DNA of 63,988 nt, counting the filler. It is 9 parts of 9 records of this genome, joined end to end, with 100 filler letters (N's around TTAATTAATTAA, not from the genome) between each part and the next. Parts side by side here need not be neighbours in the genome. Positions count along the whole stretch, not along the records: positions 15,047 to 38,357 come from SRR20825010_2217; 8 more parts are not named here. One strand, written 5' to 3'. Made by a program: the position numbers and the translations under genes. The notes beneath the pieces are model-generated. The model saw nothing but the letters and a program-made list of their open reading frames with translations. It was not told the DNA's origin and did no database searches. How positions within the stretch are numbered: the stretch's first letter is position 1; the number at the start of each line of letters is the position of its first letter. This document shows positions 21,566 through 32,740 of the stretch, piece by piece.

Positions 21566-23140
21566 TTAAGGACGCGCCTCGTAAGCCGAAATCTCTATAT
21601 CATCGTAGTAGATCGTTCCAGCACTATTGTGGCGGATGGATACGTAGAAATTATCTGCTGTAGCCGCAGGGCCCCAAGTGGTTTTCGTTGAAGTAAACGT
21701 GTACCATTCGTCCTTAGGCGCACTGGCTGTGTTGTTCATCCAGTACTGTTGCTGACTATCAGGCTGAATCCATGGTCCGTTAATAGCTATATTAGAGCCT
21801 GTTGGGATATAGAATTTATACCGGTATTGTAGCAATGTTCCCGCATCAATATGGAATGGTGCCGGACTGGTTTCGAAATGCGACCAGTTGCCAGCCTCCG
21901 TAGAAACCATTTTTAAGCTATAGTTACCTGAGGCAGCTTGCTCTGTTGTTACCGAGATCGTTGTTGTAGCCTTATTCTCAACGTGTGGCGCCCACGATGC
22001 TGCCCCACCATCTTCAAATCCATATAGATACGGATCCATCAGGAGGTGCTTGAACATATCCACAGGTACATCAGTAAACGGTACTGGTGTTCTGGTATCA
22101 GCAGCAGTCATAGCACTACCATCTGCCAGACTAACAGTAATCACGTCTGGTCGATAGATCGGGTTATTCAATTTGATTTCCAGGATAGAACCGTCAGCGC
22201 TATTCGTGCCAAGTGAAGCAATGCTAAAAGGCGTACCGTTTACACTCACAGTCACGAATGAATTTTGACCTACAAAGAAATTAGCAAACTCCCCAGAAAA
22301 TGGAACCTGAATGATTTCGTCTTCGGTCTCAGTGATCGGCCCGGCTATTTCAAATGGCAAGCTGGATGGAGTAACCTTGATTATGTTGGGAAAATTGAAT
22401 TTATCCCAATCATTTGGAACACCCTCACCTTGTCTACTCACAGACAATCCTGCAGTAAAGACACCAAGGTTCTTCAATACCAAGCTCGCTGAGGAGTCGC
22501 TACTCGTGGTATTACCAATTCTAAAAGACCTGGTATTTGGCTCATTGGTTGAAAAATCGACCAATTCCAACGTACCGCCATTTTCCACATACACTGTATC
22601 AACATCAGGTGTTATTTCCACACCATTCTGGTACATTTTGGCCATTCCTTGGATGGTGTCATAAACTTTGATATCCATGACATGCTCATACAACCAGCTA
22701 CCGTCCGGCTGCTCCACAGCCGGGATGGTATCATGGCCTCTGAACGCTACCGAATCGCTAAAAACGTTTCTAAGCACAATTTTATGCCATCCTTTTTCAG
22801 TGAAAACCACATTGATGATTTTGTCCGTAGTAGAAGTGTCTCCAACATGGATTTTCTTATCCTCGAATACGGTATCCTTGCTACTGATAGACCCACCAAT
22901 AAAGTAGGCACTGCTCGGTATCGACCAGGAATGGCTCTCTTCGTTTATAGAAACATCGGCAAAACTTACTACTTTGTTGATCCCGACATTATACTCTTGC
23001 CCGTTGGCAACATCTTTTCTGAATTGTGAGGAATACCAACCAACATCTGTGAAATTTGAAGGTTCTTTATAGTCCTCTTCACAGGCCATCAGTATCAATG
23101 CGCCCAGAAATGCTATAATTATATGTTTATTAAGTTTCAT
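21566..23140 (-). CDS. SusE-position surface glycan-binding lipoprotein with C-terminal CBM-like domain
   Basis: Lipobox LMAC, directly downstream of susD; C-terminal GFEDG...AASGNYSLKM...IYYDDI. Confidence 0.7.
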   Translation of the reverse strand: MKLNKHIIIAFLGALILMACEEDYKEPSNFTDVGWYSSQFRKDVANGQEYNVGINKVVSFADVSINEESHSWSIPSSAYFIGGSISSKDTVFEDKKIHVGDTSTTDKIINVVFTEKGWHKIVLRNVFSDSVAFRGHDTIPAVEQPDGSWLYEHVMDIKVYDTIQGMAKMYQNGVEITPDVDTVYVENGGTLELVDFSTNEPNTRSFRIGNTTSSDSSASLVLKNLGVFTAGLSVSRQGEGVPNDWDKFNFPNIIKVTPSSLPFEIAGPITETEDEIIQVPFSGEFANFFVGQNSFVTVSVNGTPFSIASLGTNSADGSILEIKLNNPIYRPDVITVSLADGSAMTAADTRTPVPFTDVPVDMFKHLLMDPYLYGFEDGGAASWAPHVENKATTTISVTTEQAASGNYSLKMVSTEAGNWSHFETSPAPFHIDAGTLLQYRYKFYIPTGSNIAINGPWIQPDSQQQYWMNNTASAPKDEWYTFTSTKTTWGPAATADNFYVSIRHNSAGTIYYDDIEISAYEARP

Positions 23141-23145
23141 CTTTA

Positions 23146-24975
23146 TTAATTCGTTTCGTTGTACAAATTAGGGTTACCAGTTTCCTCACTATTTGGTATA
23201 GGGTAGTAAGAATGGATTTCAGCGTTGAAGTTATTGGCCGGTTGAGCGCGATCCACATACCTCGCATGAGCTTCGGCAGCTGTGGCCACTCTTACCAGCA
23301 CACTTCCCCACTTGTTTTGCGGCTTACCATCCAGGTCGACATATGGGAAGTCTTGGTTGGTATAAAGACCAACAGCCAACTCCTCAAATCGTTCTTTGAT
23401 AATACCCCATCTTCTCAGGTCAAGAAAACGAATGGCATGACCTTCCAGGGACAATTCCAATGGTCGCTCTACATACATCAGGTGATCCATCAATGTAGCT
23501 GCATCATAGGTTACATTATCGTGAGAAGCGCTCGGGTAATCGCCTGACCCGTTCGGACCAATCAGTTCAAGTGCAGATCTCTTTCTTACCGCATTGATAA
23601 ACCTCATAGCCTCATCAACACCTGCATTATCTGTTCCCCCTTTAATCAAACATTCCGCATACATCAAATACACATCGGCAAGTCTGATCAACCTGAAATT
23701 TGACCCACCACGACCATCTGCCGTGAATGTCCTTTCGGTGTCTGCTACATCAGAGTTTGTGAATTTTTTCCAATAGGAAGTTTCACCGTTGTTGAATTGT
23801 CCTTTTTGAGACGGGTATGCCAGGTAATACAATTCATCGCGATCATCCGGTAAAGCGATTGATTTTACAGTACGTTTCGAGTATAATCTCAACCTAACGG
23901 AATCCGTGCCATCTTTTGCTTGCAATGGGCTACCGTCCCAATCCCGGGCAATGACATAATTGGAGGCATCATTCAAATCCATTTTTTCCTCCTTATACTC
24001 CATAATTAACCAGCAAGCAGGGTATATATTCCTGAAACCGCCAATGTAACCTGCAGGTGCAAGGGTCTGAGGAAGGTTATTAGCCGTATTTTCTTTGTCC
24101 CACTTAGAAACTTCTGATTTAAACTGGATGGAATAGCTCACCTCCAGAATGGACTCGGCATTGAATTCACTGGAAGAGTGGAAGTTCATACCAATATCCG
24201 GAACCAGTGAATAACCATACTCTGGATTCTCAATCACGTTTTTGAAATATGCCGCAGCTGTGGTATAGTCACCTGCGTACAGGTAACTTTTACCTAAAAC
24301 TGCCTCAGCAGCGCCTGCTGTAACCCTTCCGATGTGGATGTTTTCAATCCATTTCGGAGGGAGGTTCTCCAAAGCAAATTCCAAATCTGCCCGATAGAAT
24401 TCCTCGACCTTATCTGCACTACTTATTGACTGGTAGAAATCCTCTACCGTTTTAGGCACAAAATCATATATTATAACCTTGCCGTTGTTAAAAGAATTGT
24501 GCAGGTAGAAGTGAAACAATCCACGAAAAAACCTTGCTTCCGCATTGATTTGATCGGCACGCTCTTGTGCTTCATCAGAAGCAAACGTTCCGTTGATTCG
24601 TTCGTACGCTTCTATAACCTGATTGGCCTTAAAGATTCCTTCATACAATGCCGCCCATTTCTGATTGATGTCATTGGATGACGAAGTGAAGGTCTGTAGG
24701 AAGAACTCATTACCGGTGTTAGGTCTTCCCCAACCGGGCCAGTCCATATCACTACGGTTCGTTTCGGGGACTACTTTGTAGATACTTTCGTTTTTGAAAG
24801 CATTGTAAACACCTACCAGCCCTCCTTCAAGATCGGCTATAGTGAGCCAGTAGCTTCCTGTAGATATTTCATTCGGATTTACTTCCGTTAGAAACTTATC
24901 CTCGCAGCTGGTCATCCCGATGGTTACTACCACGCCAACCGCTGCTATTATTGATTTTATAACTATATTTTTCAT
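23146..24975 (-). CDS. susD: SusD/RagB family lipoprotein
   Basis: Lipobox MTSC; AEARFFRGL, RLADVYLMYAE, ERPLELSLEGHAIRFLDLRRWG, YYPIP. Confidence 0.92.
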   Translation of the reverse strand: MKNIVIKSIIAAVGVVVTIGMTSCEDKFLTEVNPNEISTGSYWLTIADLEGGLVGVYNAFKNESIYKVVPETNRSDMDWPGWGRPNTGNEFFLQTFTSSSNDINQKWAALYEGIFKANQVIEAYERINGTFASDEAQERADQINAEARFFRGLFHFYLHNSFNNGKVIIYDFVPKTVEDFYQSISSADKVEEFYRADLEFALENLPPKWIENIHIGRVTAGAAEAVLGKSYLYAGDYTTAAAYFKNVIENPEYGYSLVPDIGMNFHSSSEFNAESILEVSYSIQFKSEVSKWDKENTANNLPQTLAPAGYIGGFRNIYPACWLIMEYKEEKMDLNDASNYVIARDWDGSPLQAKDGTDSVRLRLYSKRTVKSIALPDDRDELYYLAYPSQKGQFNNGETSYWKKFTNSDVADTERTFTADGRGGSNFRLIRLADVYLMYAECLIKGGTDNAGVDEAMRFINAVRKRSALELIGPNGSGDYPSASHDNVTYDAATLMDHLMYVERPLELSLEGHAIRFLDLRRWGIIKERFEELAVGLYTNQDFPYVDLDGKPQNKWGSVLVRVATAAEAHARYVDRAQPANNFNAEIHSYYPIPNSEETGNPNLYNETN

Positions 24976-24996
24976 TCTCTTTTTGGATTATCGTTC

Positions 24997-27900
24997 TTAA
25001 AACTCCATTTGGATACCAGCCCTGTAAGTTGCACTTACCGGATAATTACCTCTATCCAAACCTCTCGTACTTAACCCGTCATTACCAACCTCAGGATTGT
25101 ATCCGGTGTAGCTCGTAATTGTTATTGGGTTTTGGGCAGAAATGTAAACACGCAGTTTAGAAATTCCGATGGACTGAGTCAGTGTATTGGGAAGAGTATA
25201 ACCAAAAGCCACATTTCTCAATCTGACATAAGTCCCATCTTCTAGCCAATAATCGGTTTGTCCTCTGTAATTCTCGTGGCTCCCTCCTCTGTTGGCAGGC
25301 ACTGTCGACTCTGGGTTTTGTGCAGACCACTGATAAAGCAAGTCTTTGTGGCGGCTATACTTATATGCATATGCTTTGCTACCGTTCATCAATTCACCAC
25401 CGATGGCTCCATACCATGACATAGAGAAGTCGAAACCTTTGTAATCGACCTGAGTATTAAGACCAAACTCCCAGTCAGGTGCCCCGTTACCCATAAACTT
25501 ACGATCATTGATCGTGATGGTGCTATCGCCATCCTGATCAACATATTTCAAATCTCCCATTTTCGCTGTAGGAACGATTTTTTGGTAAACCTCTAATTCT
25601 TCCTGAGAATCAATAACCCCATCTGTCTCGATTAAGAAGAATGCACCGGCTGGATACCCTTTCGCTAATGCAGTCACATTGTCCTCACCGGAAACACCAA
25701 CAACCACAGTACTTCCTCCCATATAAATGATGTCCTGAGAACCACCCATTTTGGTAATTTCATTTCTGTTTCTGGTGAACGTTCCTCCAAGGCTGATTTC
25801 CAGATCGCCGATGATGTGACGATAATTTGAAGCTAGCTCTATTCCCCTGTTGGTCATGTTACCCACGTTCAGTATCACGGTTCCACTCGTCCCTGCTCCC
25901 GTTGATGGAGGAAGTGCCAATGGGAACAACATGTCCTTCTTTTCGGTATTATAAATATCTGCCGAGAATGTTAAACGATCGTTAAGAAATCCAAAATCAA
26001 CTCCAAGGTTTACAGATTCTGAAGTTTCCCACTTCACATCCTCGTTAGCGTACGCTTCCTGGATCGCTCCATAAATCAAGTTGATCTGCGCATCGTCTGA
26101 ACCAAATGGATAATCCCTGTTCAATGTGATTGTAGCAGCGTTGCTATAATCAAGGAAACTTTGATTACCTGTGGTACCATAACTTGCCCGCACTTTCATA
26201 GTAGAAACCGCGTTTCTGGCTGGTGCCCAGAATCCTTCGTCAGACACATTCCATCCTGCTGAAAGCGAAGGAAAAACACCCCATCTGTACTTTTCAGAGA
26301 ACCTTGAAGAACCATCCCGACGCACACTCGCGCTAAACAAGTATTTGCCTTTATAGTCATACTGAAGTCTTCCCAGCGTTCCTATTAAGCCGTTGGTCCT
26401 ATCCTGTTGCCAGTTCTTACCCGAACCTGCATTGGCATCTGCGGTAGTTCCGTTCAACACTGTCACATCATTACTAACCAAATCCTTACCTAGGGCAAAG
26501 AAGTAGTTGTAGGTATATTTTTCCATAGAGTACAAAGCCAGTGCAGTGACCTTATGATCGCCGAACTGCTTCGTGTAGGTCAGGTAGTTTTCCCATGCCA
26601 AGCTCGTCTGGCTGGTGCTTCTGTTTTCAACTCCAGATCTGGTTGATGCACTTTGTGGTACCAATAACCCATCATTGTCATACTGCACAAACAAAGGGTT
26701 AACAATGGTACGTATATCATTTGTAAAACTGGTACCAAGACGTGTACTGAATTTCAAGTCTTTTGTCAAGTCGTTACTTGCCTGAATGAATCCATTTAAA
26801 TGGTAACCATCCTCTACATCCGTCTGCTTGATTTTAGCCATCAGGTTACCAAGGGCTACAAGCTCGTTACCCTGACCGGCATCTTGCACGATGCTCGCTT
26901 TAGGATCTATCGGTGTTTGCGTTGGGGTATATTTAACGGCATCCAATAGGAATAAATAAGGCTCTCTTGTTTGCTCCTCTATTCTAAAACCTAAACCACT
27001 ATTGACCGTCCAGTCGTTCTTTTTGTAGCTCATGTTTGCACGAACGTTGTATCGTTTGTACTCTGAGTTTATAATAGAACCTTGTTGCTCGAAAAAGGAA
27101 CCAACCACATTGAATGTGATCCCCTCCTTACCTCCGGAAACAGTTAAGCTATGATTCTGCTGGAACGCATTGTCGTTGATTATAATATCTCTTAAATCCG
27201 TGTCATTCGTAAAATTGGCAGGGTTCGTTTCCAAAACCGTCCATGTATTTTGGTAATTCGCATCTGGCTTCAAGTTGCTTTGCAATACAAACCACTGATA
27301 TAAATGCTCCTCGGCATTCATCAATGGCTCGCCTGAAGTAATTTTCTGAAAACCAGCATAGCTATCTACAGCAATCTTCATGACTCCCGCTTTACCTTTT
27401 TTCGTAGTGATTAAGATTACACCACCGGAACCCCTTGTACCATAAATAGAAGCCGAAGCAGCATCTTTCAGGATATCAATGGTTTCTATTTCATTCATGC
27501 TCAATTTGGGGTCGTCTGCATAAGGGATACCATCCACAACATATAAAGGCTGGCTGGATCCTGTGATCGAACTCAACCCTCTAATCTGGATGTTCGACCC
27601 GGCACCTGGCTGACCGGAAACGGCCTGAACGTTCACCCCGGCGATCTGCCCTTGTAAGGCAGTACCCAAATCGGCAGTGGCGTTCTTAACAAGTTGCTCA
27701 GATTCAATCCTACCTACTGCACCTGTATTCTCCTTCTTCTTTTGCTCACCATAACCGATTACGATTACTTCGTCCAAAGCCTGAACGTCTATTTCAAGAC
27801 TCACATCTACGGTGCTTCTACCGGACACATCTACTACTTGTGTTTTATAACCGATAAAACTGATTTCTAACTTGGCATCATCCTCAGCCTTTAGTTGATA

Positions 27901-28113
27901 GTTACCATCAATATCCGTTATGGTACCCTGACTTGTTCCCTGAACAAGAATTGTCACACCTGGCAATCCTTCTCCATCATCCGCGCCCGTTACTTTCCCC
28001 TTTATAGTGGATTGAGCAAAAGCGCTAATACTGGTGAATACGATCACCAGCGTAAGCAGAGACTCTGTGAGCCTTCTCCTTATTGGCATTTTAAAAGGTA
28101 AGCGTTGTTTCAT
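24997..28113 (-). CDS. susC: SusC/RagA TonB-dependent transporter
   Basis: PLYVVDG, ILKDAASASIYGTRGSGGVILITTKKG, RRDGSSRF, terminal Phe. Confidence 0.95.
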   Translation of the reverse strand: MKQRLPFKMPIRRRLTESLLTLVIVFTSISAFAQSTIKGKVTGADDGEGLPGVTILVQGTSQGTITDIDGNYQLKAEDDAKLEISFIGYKTQVVDVSGRSTVDVSLEIDVQALDEVIVIGYGEQKKKENTGAVGRIESEQLVKNATADLGTALQGQIAGVNVQAVSGQPGAGSNIQIRGLSSITGSSQPLYVVDGIPYADDPKLSMNEIETIDILKDAASASIYGTRGSGGVILITTKKGKAGVMKIAVDSYAGFQKITSGEPLMNAEEHLYQWFVLQSNLKPDANYQNTWTVLETNPANFTNDTDLRDIIINDNAFQQNHSLTVSGGKEGITFNVVGSFFEQQGSIINSEYKRYNVRANMSYKKNDWTVNSGLGFRIEEQTREPYLFLLDAVKYTPTQTPIDPKASIVQDAGQGNELVALGNLMAKIKQTDVEDGYHLNGFIQASNDLTKDLKFSTRLGTSFTNDIRTIVNPLFVQYDNDGLLVPQSASTRSGVENRSTSQTSLAWENYLTYTKQFGDHKVTALALYSMEKYTYNYFFALGKDLVSNDVTVLNGTTADANAGSGKNWQQDRTNGLIGTLGRLQYDYKGKYLFSASVRRDGSSRFSEKYRWGVFPSLSAGWNVSDEGFWAPARNAVSTMKVRASYGTTGNQSFLDYSNAATITLNRDYPFGSDDAQINLIYGAIQEAYANEDVKWETSESVNLGVDFGFLNDRLTFSADIYNTEKKDMLFPLALPPSTGAGTSGTVILNVGNMTNRGIELASNYRHIIGDLEISLGGTFTRNRNEITKMGGSQDIIYMGGSTVVVGVSGEDNVTALAKGYPAGAFFLIETDGVIDSQEELEVYQKIVPTAKMGDLKYVDQDGDSTITINDRKFMGNGAPDWEFGLNTQVDYKGFDFSMSWYGAIGGELMNGSKAYAYKYSRHKDLLYQWSAQNPESTVPANRGGSHENYRGQTDYWLEDGTYVRLRNVAFGYTLPNTLTQSIGISKLRVYISAQNPITITSYTGYNPEVGNDGLSTRGLDRGNYPVSATYRAGIQMEF

Positions 28114-28186
28114 AAAGTTGTTTGTTTTGATTGATGAAATTCGAGTGGCGATTTACTTTAAGGAAAACCACCTTAAACTCGTTCAA

Positions 28187-28291
28187 CAAATGTATTGGAG
28201 CCCCGAACCTCCCTCGTGGAATTTTAATATGGAATAGGCGGGCGTAATTCGTGTATGGGGGGCAAAATCTCATTTTGAGGGTGGCTAAATT
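28187..28291 (-). promoter_or_regulatory. susC promoter: Bacteroidota -7 element plus three upstream direct repeats
   Basis: TACATTTG (28194-28187) matches TAnnTTTG; plus-strand repeats GGCGGGCGTAATT, GGGGGGCAAAATC and GGGTGGCTAAATT at 28237, 28257 and 28279. Confidence 0.55.
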
Positions 28292-28454
28292 TAAAATTAT
28301 CTCTTTTTACCACCCAAAAACGTGTTTTCAAACAAAATTTAGAACCATAAACACCCTCCTTTTATTAATTTTACAATACTCCCCTTTACAGCGCCAATTC
28401 ATCGGTTTTTCTTTAATTTTAAAACACCCTCATAAAACACGTGGATATTCGTTT

Positions 28455-31400
28455 ATGACAAGCCTGCTAAACTTCAAGAAATACTTCCCGATTGCACTGC
28501 TCATCATGTGGCTAATGCCCCCTTGCTTTTCGCAGGATCAGTCGGTACAACTGCACGGGTTATTTGAGCAATACTCGTCGCAGAAAGGCTTGTCGCAAAA
28601 TGATGTTCGATGCATTTTTCAAGATTCGTTTGGTTACATCTGGGTGGGCACACATGGAGGCCTCAATCGCTTCGATGGGTATTCCTTTAAGAATTATATC
28701 CGCAACGAAGGCAGTACGTATTCCATATCATCTAACCTTATCAGTTCCATAACCGAGGATACTTTGGGCAACTTATGGATCGGAACGGACGACATGGGCG
28801 TTATGCTCCTGGACAGAAAAACAGATACGTTCATCCACTATTACAACACCGAGAAAAACCCTCAGCTTTTAACGGATAACCACATCCAATCCATCTTCAC
28901 AGACAAAGCCAATAATATATGGGCTGTCAGCCTGAATGGATTTAATATACTGACCTTGGCACCAGAATCGGAAGCTGATCACAAACACAAACAAAGAACT
29001 ACGATAATCAAGTATCCTACTTCCGAAAGCTTTCAGCTTTTTGGAGTTGTTGAGGATCCATCCGGCACTATTTGGCTTGGCACCAGTAAAGGCATGAGCA
29101 GGTATTTAGGCCTGGACAAACAGGGAAACCATCAGTTTATCAATTATGAAAACGAGTTAATACCATCAGTAAGGCATCTTACCACAAATGACACATCCCT
29201 TATTCTTTCCACAGGCAGTTCCCTCATTTCCATGCCTTACAAATCGATAAGCAACAATGAACTCCAGTTCCATTTAGTTAAAAGGCCGGTTCAGGTTTCT
29301 CAATTGATCTCCGATAGCAACGGAAATATCTGGTATGCCAACAGACGAGGTGTCCACGTGATTTACGAAAATGAAGGAGCACTGAAAACACATGATTTTG
29401 CACATGATTGGTCTGACCCGAAAAGCCTTAGCAGCAACATAGCCACCTTTGTGATGGAGGACAACACGGGAATGATCTGGGTTGGGACCAATGGTGGAGG
29501 GCTGAACCTTTACAACCCAAAAAGGAGAAGCTTTGACCACCACCGCAGAAATAGTGAAAAAGGAAGCATCTCCTACAACAAAATCCGGTCGATCGAAGAA
29601 GACCACCAAGGAAATATCTGGTTTGGAACCGAGGGTGGTGGCATAAACCTGGCACTGAATGATGAAAAGAAAGGGGTGGATTTTGTTAACGGGTTTCAAA
29701 ATTTTGAGGTGAACCCCAATCAGGAAAACTATGCATTTGCACTTTTAGATGCTTCGTTTGAAAAGAGGCATAGAACATTCATCGGCACGGGATATCTCTC
29801 CTTTTTTGAAGTTATAGATCGGGACAAATCTGGAAGATATCACCAATCCACGGTGCAAACGTTTCGCCCCGGCGGGCCTGTGTTCGATTTGTTTCAAGAC
29901 TCAAAAACCAATATCTGGCTGGCTACCTACGGCAAAGGCCTGTTCCAACTCAAAATGAATGCGAATGGGGATATCATTGGTTCCAGAAACTATACTACTG
30001 CAGAGGGCCTTAGTTCCAACATCGTCAGGAGCATAGCCGAAGACAAAAAAGGAAATTTATGGGTGGGTACTGACCATGGACTAAACAAATTGGTTGCCCC
30101 GGATTTTGACAAGAAAGAGGTAGAGATCATCGTATACACACATTCAGAAACAGACCCATTGAGTTTGAGTTATGATTATGTAATCCCCATTTTTGTCTCA
30201 AAAACCGATAAAATATGGATTGGGACTTTGGGAGGCGGCTTGAACGGCATTATCCCCGGTACGGGAATAGCTTCCGATCAGTTTGACAGGATCACAGTCA
30301 ATGACGGGCTACCAAGCAATGTAATCAAATCGATCGAGGAAGACCAGGATGGAAACCTTTGGATGGGAACCAACAAAGGACTGAGTAAATACAATCCCCT
30401 AACCCACCAAATCGTGAACTATGGACTGAGCGACGGTTTGCAAGATGTTGAATTTAGCGAAATGGCTTCCAAGCATTTGAGGAATGGACAAATGATTTTT
30501 GGAGGGGTGAATGGTTTCAATACCTTTTTTCCAGACAAAATTGAATCCGACAAAACTGGCGTAAACCTGGTCTTCACAGATTTTACTGTACTCAATCAGG
30601 AGATACAGACCGGCAAGGAATTTAATGGACGAGTGCTGCTTAAAGACAACCTGAACCGTCTGGACCGAATCGATCTTAGCTACGACGAAAATAGTTTTTC
30701 AATATCCTTCGCGGCACTCAATTTTGTGTCTCCGGAAAACAATAAATATGCCTATAAACTGGATAATTTCGATACAGAGTGGCTCAATTCAGGAGCGGAG
30801 AATCGTACGGCAAAATACACCAACCTGCCAGCGGGATCTTACACTCTCAAAGTAAAAGCCAGCAACGCGGACGGCTATTGGAACAATGATGCCCGAACTA
30901 TTAAGATCGTTATTTCGCCACCGGCCTGGAACACCTATTGGGCCAGAGCCATCTATATGGGTCTGCTTGTCTTAGGCCTGTGGTTTTTCCGCAAATACAC
31001 CATCATCACCAATACACGAAAAAATCAATTGCTCATTGAACATTTTCAAAAAGAAAAAATCGAGGAACTCAGTCAGTTGAAGCTCCGCTTTTTCACAAAT
31101 GTTTCACATGAATTCCGTACTCCTCTTACCCTCATTCTGGGTCTTATCGATCGTCTCAAAAATTCGAAAGACGAACTTCAAGTGCACGAACGTATCACCT
31201 ATTACGACAAAATCTATCGAAACTCTCAGGTACTGCTCAACCTCATAAACCAACTACTGGATTTCAGAAAAGTAGAACAAGGCAAAATGATCGTGCGTGT
31301 AGCACAAGGAAACATTGGAGAATACATCAAGCTGCTGGCCGAGAATTTCAATGAACTTGCAAAAAGAAAGGATATAGAATACACCTATATCTGCGAAAAC

Positions 31401-32642
31401 CCGATCACCGGTTATTATGACAAAGACGTGCTGGAGCGCATGGTGTTTAACCTGTTATCGAATGCTTTCAAGTTTTCGGAAAGGGAAGATGAAATCACGG
31501 TGAGCCTGGAAGTGACAGATGAACACATGATGAAGCTGGATGTGGAGGACACGGGGGCCGGAATGTCCAAAGAGGTGCAAGAGCATATTTTCGAACGTTT
31601 TTCAAGTTCTCAGGCGAAGACCGAATCGGGCTCTGGGATTGGCCTATCCTATACCAAAGCACTCGTAGAACTGTATCATGGAACAATCGCGTTCACTTCA
31701 AAGGAAAACGTAGGTACCAAGTTTACGCTACTGCTGCCTTACACGAAGGATGCATTTAAGGATGATACCATACTTGAAAACAACGAAGAATTGACCGAAC
31801 TCAACAAAGACGTCAATTGGCTCATCGATACTGGTGAGCCAGCCTCCCAGAATGGAGATACTGATAACCTCAAACGGGAAAACAGCATCCTTCTGGTTGA
31901 GGACAATGAGGATATCTTGTTTTATCTCAAGGATCATTTTAAGAACAGTTATGTCGTTCACACAGCTCACGACGGGCAAGAAGCGCTGGATATTTGCCTG
32001 AAAGAGCACATCGACCTGGTGGTGAGTGACGTGATGATGCCTGGAATGGATGGGCTGGAGTTTTGTGAGAAACTCAAAAATGATGATCGGATCAACCACA
32101 TTCCGGTGATACTTCTCACAGCAAAAAAATCCACAGACAACAAGGTGAAGGGCTATGAAAAGGGAGCCGATGCGTATATCGGCAAGCCTTTCGAAATGCA
32201 TGAGTTGGAAACCCGAATGGAGGCCCTCATTTCGTCACGTAAGAAACTACTGAGTAAAATTCGAAAAAATATAGACCTGGAACCATCCGAGATTGAAATC
32301 ACTTCTCTGGACGAACGCTTCTTAAGACGTGTAATGGCCTATATTGAAGAGAATATTGGCATGACAGAGTTTACTGTGGATATGCTCGCTCGTGAATGTG
32401 GTATGTCACAACTTCACCTCAATAAAAAACTAAAGGTTCTTGTAGGTCAGACTGCCAATGCTTTCGTGCGGACCATCCGACTGAAAAGAGCTGCCCAACT
32501 CCTTGCGAAGGATCGTTATTCTGTAAATGAAGTAATGTATGAAGTAGGATTCATTGATGCTAAGTATTTCAGATCCTGTTTCAAAAAGGAATTTGGAATA
32601 ACACCATCGGATTACCAAAAACAGCATTCGACGGTGGAATAA
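28455..32642 (+). CDS. Hybrid two-component system (beta-propeller/Y_Y_Y sensor, His kinase, REC, AraC)
   Basis: Reg_prop repeats (GYIWVGTHGGLNRFDG), NVSHEFRTPLTLI, GSGIGLS, SDVMMPGMDG, YFRSCFKKEFG; start chosen at ATG 28455. Confidence 0.95.
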   Translation: MTSLLNFKKYFPIALLIMWLMPPCFSQDQSVQLHGLFEQYSSQKGLSQNDVRCIFQDSFGYIWVGTHGGLNRFDGYSFKNYIRNEGSTYSISSNLISSITEDTLGNLWIGTDDMGVMLLDRKTDTFIHYYNTEKNPQLLTDNHIQSIFTDKANNIWAVSLNGFNILTLAPESEADHKHKQRTTIIKYPTSESFQLFGVVEDPSGTIWLGTSKGMSRYLGLDKQGNHQFINYENELIPSVRHLTTNDTSLILSTGSSLISMPYKSISNNELQFHLVKRPVQVSQLISDSNGNIWYANRRGVHVIYENEGALKTHDFAHDWSDPKSLSSNIATFVMEDNTGMIWVGTNGGGLNLYNPKRRSFDHHRRNSEKGSISYNKIRSIEEDHQGNIWFGTEGGGINLALNDEKKGVDFVNGFQNFEVNPNQENYAFALLDASFEKRHRTFIGTGYLSFFEVIDRDKSGRYHQSTVQTFRPGGPVFDLFQDSKTNIWLATYGKGLFQLKMNANGDIIGSRNYTTAEGLSSNIVRSIAEDKKGNLWVGTDHGLNKLVAPDFDKKEVEIIVYTHSETDPLSLSYDYVIPIFVSKTDKIWIGTLGGGLNGIIPGTGIASDQFDRITVNDGLPSNVIKSIEEDQDGNLWMGTNKGLSKYNPLTHQIVNYGLSDGLQDVEFSEMASKHLRNGQMIFGGVNGFNTFFPDKIESDKTGVNLVFTDFTVLNQEIQTGKEFNGRVLLKDNLNRLDRIDLSYDENSFSISFAALNFVSPENNKYAYKLDNFDTEWLNSGAENRTAKYTNLPAGSYTLKVKASNADGYWNNDARTIKIVISPPAWNTYWARAIYMGLLVLGLWFFRKYTIITNTRKNQLLIEHFQKEKIEELSQLKLRFFTNVSHEFRTPLTLILGLIDRLKNSKDELQVHERITYYDKIYRNSQVLLNLINQLLDFRKVEQGKMIVRVAQGNIGEYIKLLAENFNELAKRKDIEYTYICENPITGYYDKDVLERMVFNLLSNAFKFSEREDEITVSLEVTDEHMMKLDVEDTGAGMSKEVQEHIFERFSSSQAKTESGSGIGLSYTKALVELYHGTIAFTSKENVGTKFTLLLPYTKDAFKDDTILENNEELTELNKDVNWLIDTGEPASQNGDTDNLKRENSILLVEDNEDILFYLKDHFKNSYVVHTAHDGQEALDICLKEHIDLVVSDVMMPGMDGLEFCEKLKNDDRINHIPVILLTAKKSTDNKVKGYEKGADAYIGKPFEMHELETRMEALISSRKKLLSKIRKNIDLEPSEIEITSLDERFLRRVMAYIEENIGMTEFTVDMLARECGMSQLHLNKKLKVLVGQTANAFVRTIRLKRAAQLLAKDRYSVNEVMYEVGFIDAKYFRSCFKKEFGITPSDYQKQHSTVE

Positions 32643-32740
32643 AACTATTTTTTAGTGCTATAATGAAGATTGGAACCAACTAACCCGGTGATAAACCCAT
32701 TGCGCAACGGCTATGGGACGGTCTCTTTATTTTTGAGAAG

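Noticed and set aside
28251..28454. N-terminal extension of the HTCS in the ORF track
   Set aside because: Overlaps the promoter region; the signal peptide begins at ATG 28455
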